DNA from: Octopus sinensis
Taxonomy: Eukaryota
Length of the DNA stretch: 51,611 bases
Assembly: GCF_006345805.1 (NCBI RefSeq)
Contig: NW_021834215.1
Coordinates: forward strand, 1 to 51,611
Direction: 5' to 3'
The translations under genes were made by a program, and so were the position numbers. Numbering within the stretch: position 1 is the stretch's first letter; the number at the start of each line of letters is the position of its first letter. Under the pieces are notes generated by a model. That model did not search any database. It was not told where the DNA came from and was given only the letters and a program-made list of their open reading frames with translations. Shown piece by piece: positions 38,361-45,248 of this stretch.

Positions 38361-41300
38361 CATTATATTATTATTATTATTATCATTATTATTATTATTG
38401 TTATTATTATTATATTATTATTATTATTATTTATTATTATTAATTATTATTGTTATTATTATTATTATTATTATGCCTTTGCACAATCATTAGCACACTG
38501 GGCTAAATGCTTTGTGGCATTTTGTCTGTCCTTACATTCTGATTTCAAATTCCACCAGGGCTGACTTTACCGTTCATCCCTTCAGGGTCAATAAATTAAG
38601 TACCAGCGAAACACTAGGGGTGGGGATGGGGTCAAATGACTGAAACAAGTAAAAAGAAAAAGAGAACACGGCGCAGAAGTGGCTGTGTGGTAAGTAGCTT
38701 GTTTACCAACCACATGGTTCTGGGTTCAGTCCCACTGCGTGGCACCTTGGGCAAGTGTCTTCTACTATAGCCTCGGGCTGACCAAAGCCTTGTGAGTGGA
38801 TTTGGTAGACGGAAACTGAAAGAAGCCCGTCGTATATATGTATATATATATATATATGTGTGTGAGTGCATAGTTTGTGTGTGTCTGTTTGTCCCACCGA
38901 CATCGCTTGACAACCGATGCTGGTGTGTTTACATCACCGTTACTTAGCGGTTCGGCAAAAGAGACTGATAGAATAATAATAATATAATAATGATAATTGT
39001 GTACAGTGCTCAGGTGCACTACAACTCATCTAAAGTGTATATATAATCAGTGTAGTTTCGGCGGATTTCAGAAAGCATGAGGGCCTTAAAGGATGCAGTG
39101 TCATGGCAGTCAACAACTGACGCAGGCAGTTTGTTCCATGCTTCAGCAACTCTGAGCGTGAAGTACTGGGCTTACAAAAGAATAGTCCTGGGGTCGAGTT
39201 GCTCGATTAAAGGCAGTGCTCCAGCCTGGCCGCAGTCAATGACTGAAACAAGTAAAAAGAAAAAGAGAACACGGCGCAGAAGTGGCTGTGTGGTAAGTAG
39301 CTTGTTTACCAACCACATGGTTCTGGGTTCAGTCCCACTGCGTGGCACCTTGGGCAAGTGTCTTCTACTATAGCCTCGGGCTGACCAAAGCCTTGTGAGT
39401 GGATTTGGTAGACGGAAACTGAAAGAAGCCCGTCGTATATATGTATATATATATATATATGTGTGTGAGTGCATATGTTTGTGTGTCTGTGTTTGTCCCA
39501 CCGACATCGCTTGACAACCGATGCTGGTGTGTTTACATCACCGTTACTTAGCGGTTCGGCAAAAGAGACTGATAGAATAATAATAATATAATAATGATAA
39601 TTGTGTACAGTGCTCAGGTGCACTACAACTCATCTAAAGTGTATATATAATCAGGTGTAGTTTCGGCGGATTTCAGAAAGCATGAGGGCCTTAAAGGATG
39701 CAGTGTCATGGCAGTCAACAACTGACGCAGGCAGTTTGTTCCATGCTTCAGCAACTCTGAGCGTGAAGTACTGGGCTTACAAAAGAATAAGTCCTGGGGT
39801 CGAGTTGCTCGATTAAAGGCAGTGCTCCAGCATGGCCGCAGTCAAATGACTGAAACAAGTAAAAGAGTAAAAGAGTAAAGAGCAATAAAAAAACACTTGG
39901 ATAAGTTTACCTTGGACTCAGGCTTCCGACGATTTCTACATTCTTAAATGAAGGCATTTCGATCTTGCCCATTGCTTCCAACTTCACAGAACTTGTTGCC
40001 GCAAAGCTGAGGTTCAACGGGAGCCCAACGCATGTGGGCACGACCATCTTCATGTCGAGAAGCATGGCGCTCTTACTGAACGAGGTCTGGCTCTCTTTGA
40101 CGAACTTCTGCATCAGTTTGTTGACGTTGATGTCCTTGAGCCAGGAAGTCGATGGAGCGTCGTTCATCCGCCAATAGCCGAGTTCGTTTCCAAAGAGCCT
40201 GAAGTACGCTGACCCTTGAAGCTTGTCAATCGTTGGTTTATACTGCATGGCGGCGTGAATGGGTGGTATGTAATGGTGGTGGTGGTGGTGGTAGTGGTAG
40301 TGGTGGTGGTGGTGGTGGTGGTGGTAGCGGTGGTAGTGGTGGTGGTGGTGGTGGTAGTGGTGGTAGTGGTGGTGGTGGTGGTGGTGGTAGTGGTGGTAGT
40401 GGTGGTAGTAGTGGTGGTGGTAGTGGTGGTGGTGGTAGTGGTGGTAGTGGTAGTGGTGGTGGTGGTGGTGGTTTATGTAATGGTGGTGGTGGTGGTGGTA
40501 GTGGTAGTGGTGGTGGTGGTAGTGGTGGTGGTGGTGGTGGTGGTGGTGGTGGTGGTTTTATGTAATGGTGGTGGTGGTGGTGGTAGTGGTAGTGGTGGTG
40601 GTGGTAGTGGTGGTGGTGGTGGTGGTGGTAATGGTGGTGGTGGTGGTAGTGGTGGTGGTAGTGGTGGTGGAGGTTGTGGTGGTGGTAGTGGTGGTGGTGG
40701 CGGCGGTAGTGGTGGTGGTGGTAGTGGTAGTGGTGGTGGTGGTAGTGGTGGTGGTGGTGGTGGTAGTGGTGGTGGTAGTGGTGGTGGTGGTGGTGGTGGT
40801 GGTGGTGGTGCAGAAAAAAGAGAAACAAGAATAATTCAGAAATCACGTGGAAATAATATTTCTAAGTTAAGGGTTAGTTTCAAGCATACAGGAACTTTAA
40901 CCCTTTAGCATTCAAACCGGCCATATCCGGCCAAAAGTATTCTGCCTGTTTTATGTTCAAACTGGCCAGATCTGGTCTCTCACACCAACCCTACAATATC
41001 GTTTTAAAAATTAACAGCTACCTCATCAAAATCTCAAAGCTACAAGATAATGCCTGATTAGTTCAAGGCAATGTGGATAAAAAAGGATTAATTTTGGCAG
41101 AATAATGTGAACACTAAAGGGTTAAAACTGCCCTTAACATTCAGGATTCCAGTTCCAGCTTTTTGCTAAGTGTCCAGGCTGTCCTTTGGACTGACTCAAC
41201 TGTAGCATGGACAAAAAAATGCCTCTTAAGTTTGTCTGAAAGGGTTGTGCTCGAATGACCTGCTTGAGTACGGCCATGCTACGGCATCAAAATCAGTAAG

Positions 41301-42198
41301 CCTTATGCCAGCTCTTGGTTAGCATGCTAGCATTGGGATGAAATCTCAAAGATATGTTTAAATTGGAACACACCTCTATTTCTGTGACACATATTGTGGC
41401 TGAGAGAATGGGTCACCTGTCCATCACTCCTTCCCTGAAAGGGGTCACCTGAAGAAGTCACATGTCCATCACAGAGTTACTCCCACCTCACCTCCTGGTA
41501 CACACACACACATGCATATATATATATTCTTTTATTGATAAGGTGGTGAGCTGGCAGACACGTTAGCGTGCCGGGCGAAATGCTTAGCGGTATTTTGTCT
41601 GTCGTTATGTTCTGAGTTCAAATTCCGCCAAGGTCAACTTTGCCTTTCATCCTTTCGGGGTCAATAAATAAAGTACCAGTTTCGCACTGGGGTCGATATA
41701 ATTGACTCAATCCCTTCGTCTGTCCTTGTTTGTCCCCTCTATGTTTAACCCCTTCTGGGCAGTAAAGAAATATGTATTCTTTTATTGCTTTACTTGTTTC
41801 AGTCATTTGACTGTGGCCATGCTGGAGCACCTTGAACTTGTTCTTTTTTAAGCCTAGTATTTATTCTCTTGGTCTCTTTCTCCCGAGCCACTAAGTTACA
41901 GTGATGTATACGCACAGACACAAAGACACACACATCGGTCACCGTCTCCAATGAAGGGATATTATTAATTAATATCCTAGAAACAGCTGTAAGACCTTCT
42001 CTCTATAAATGCTCTAATATCTATACAGCGCTGGTTTTTTTATCTCATTATGTAAAAATTCTTATATACACACGCTGACATAGAACCAACATTGAACCCT
42101 TTATTCGCAATATTACCGAATCTGGAACTTATCTATGATCTGTCTATAGCACTTATTCCGCATTACCTGACACCTTTGGGTCTCAATGACACCATTAT

Positions 42199-42269
<71 letters not shown>

Positions 42270-42294
42270 TATATATATATATATATATGCATAT

Positions 42295-42352
<58 letters not shown>

Positions 42353-42416
42353 ATACAGGTTTCTTTCAGTTTCTTTCAGTATATATATATATATATATAT
42401 ATCATATATATATATG

Positions 42417-42487
<71 letters not shown>

Positions 42488-42494
42488 TATATGC

Positions 42495-42535
<41 letters not shown>

Positions 42536-43629
42536 TGTATGTATATATATATATATATACATGACAGGTTTCTTTCAGTTTCCATCCACCAAACTCACAA
42601 GGCTTTAGTCGACCCAAGGCCATAGTAGCAGAAACTTGCCCAAGGTACCATGCAATGGGACTGAACCCAGAACCATGTGGTTGGGAAGGAAGCTTCTTAC
42701 CACACAACCACACCTGGGAAGATATAACAACATCTGACAACAGTAACAGCAACAGCAGACCACAACAACAACAACAACGACAGCAATAGGAGCAACAAAC
42801 TCAGTAACCATGACAGCAACATTCTCCTCCTTACCTTGTCATCAATTCCAGGGATTGGGAACCTGGAATTTGAATCTGAACCAGACTTGCTCTTCAGGTG
42901 TCCACTTGGACCGAAATAGGATTCCAGGAAGTATTCCAGCCCTTCGATACGTCCCCCGAGCTCCAGGAGGTTGACAGCCTGTCCGAAAATATCTAGGGTC
43001 AAATTCACATTGCCGGAACGGGGCACGAATGACTTGGACGAGAAAATGACATTGGAATCGATTTTAGCTCCAGCGCCGATGCTATCAAAGAACATGGAAC
43101 CCTCGTAGTTACGGGAGTACTTTCGGACATCCATGTCACTTCCGGAGGAGTCTGTGCCCAGATCGTGGTCTTCGAGGATTGCACGGATGTTTTGGAAGTG
43201 GGGGTCGGATGTTGTCTTCAGGTTTTTCAGGTGAGACAGAATGAAGGACTTTACTTGGTTGGACTTCTCAGAGCGCAGTGACTCGTGGATTTTGGTCAGC
43301 AACCTCTCCGTCGGGCATTTCATGAGTGCCAGATAGGCATTGATGCGAATTTCTGAGTCTTCTGAGACATCGTCGAACAAATATTCCAAGTCCAATCTCT
43401 GAAGGAAGAGAAAGAGAATAAAAACTTTGATAAAAATATCAGTCAAATCTTGTAGTGGGAGGAAACAAAAACCAGTCAAATGTTTTATTTGTATTGCTAT
43501 ATCTGTCTGTCTGTCTACCTATCTGTCTCTTTATCTAACTATCTATCTATCTACCTATCTGCTTATCTGTCTGTCTATCCATCTGCCTATCTATCAATCT
43601 GTATGTCTGTCTGTCTGTCTATCTATCTG

Positions 43630-43700
<71 letters not shown>

Positions 43701-43766
43701 GCCTGTCTGTCTCTCTTCTTGTCTGTCTTTCTATCTATCTGTTCTCTCCATTTACCTATCTATCTA

Positions 43767-43816
<50 letters not shown>

Positions 43817-44059
43817 CATCCATCCATCCATCCATCCATCCATCCATCCATGCGGTGTCATGGGCTGAAGAAATTTTCAATTTCTTGCCTAATGTGAGCC
43901 CAGAGCAATCCCTTATCTATTTCAATATTACATGTCAAAAGTGAAACAGCAACATCTCTATTGTAATGTGAGATACTTTCAGTTAAATAGTTTCACTATT
44001 AATACTGAAACTATATATATATATATTTATATATATATATAGGTATGTATGAGTGGAGA

Positions 44060-44094
<35 letters not shown>

Positions 44095-45151
44095 TATGTA
44101 TGAGTGGAGGCGCAATGGCCTAGTGGTTAGGGCAGCAGACTCGCAGTTGTAGAATCGCGGTTTCGATTCCCAGACCGGGCCTTGTGAGTGTTTATTGAGC
44201 GAAAACACCTAAAGCTCCACGAGGCTCCGGCAGGGGCTGTGGTGGATCCCTGCTGTACTCTTTCACACACAACTTTCTCTCCCTCTTTCTTCTGTTGGCC
44301 TGCTCGCTTAGCCAGCGGGGTGCGTCATTTGAAGGCTAAAACAATGCAAAGCGCATTGTGACCAGCGATGTGTAGCAACATCTGATAGCCTGGTCGGTCA
44401 CGGTGATCACGGTGTTGTATGTATGTATGTATGTATATATGTATGTATATATGCATGCATTTTTGTATATATGTATATATATATATTTGTTTGTATGTAT
44501 GTATACTTACACTGGCTCCACACGGAACTCTCCGGAATGCATCAATGGCTGCAAGTCGAACATCAACTGGATTTGTGGAAATGGTGAAACATCGAGTCAG
44601 AGTTCTTCCGATCGATTCGGATCTTCCTATGTTTCCGAGGGCTTTCAGCGCGTAGAGGATCGCTCGTGGGGGTGGTCCTCTCGGTGACTGACGTGGTCTG
44701 AACTGAGGAGAGAAGAATAAGACAACAGATAATCAATATGTTGATTCTACAGGCAGTGGTGTTGGCTGTGGTTGCAGTGATGGTGATGGTGGTGTGTTGG
44801 TAGCAGTGAATATGAGAGAAGCTCTTGCTTGTATCACTAAAAGGGAGATAAATCCCCGCCGCTTCCAGCACCAAGACCACCAGATAATGTGATTTCGACC
44901 TTGTTTGGCCTTGTCAATGATGGACACTTGACTGCTTGTGGCAGTAGTGATTCAATTCCCGGCCAGCGATATATATAGAATAACAGTGCCAGAACAGGCA
45001 CTAATACCGTGATTTCTCAATGAGTTTGTTTAAAAAATATATATTAGCGACAAAGGCAGTATTAATATTGTGAAGTAATGTTTATCCTCACTTAAGCAGG
45101 GATGTTCTGTTAGAACAAACAATACTGAAGGAGTTACCATGAGAGAAAGTC

Positions 45152-45186
<35 letters not shown>

Positions 45187-45189
45187 GTA

Positions 45190-45248
<59 letters not shown>

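Noticed and set aside
36058-38564. Poly-I/L/Y ORFs
   Set aside because: (ATT)n microsatellite artefacts; the same applies to the IY, YLSI, VCMY, HTYI and poly-V/G/H/P ORFs.
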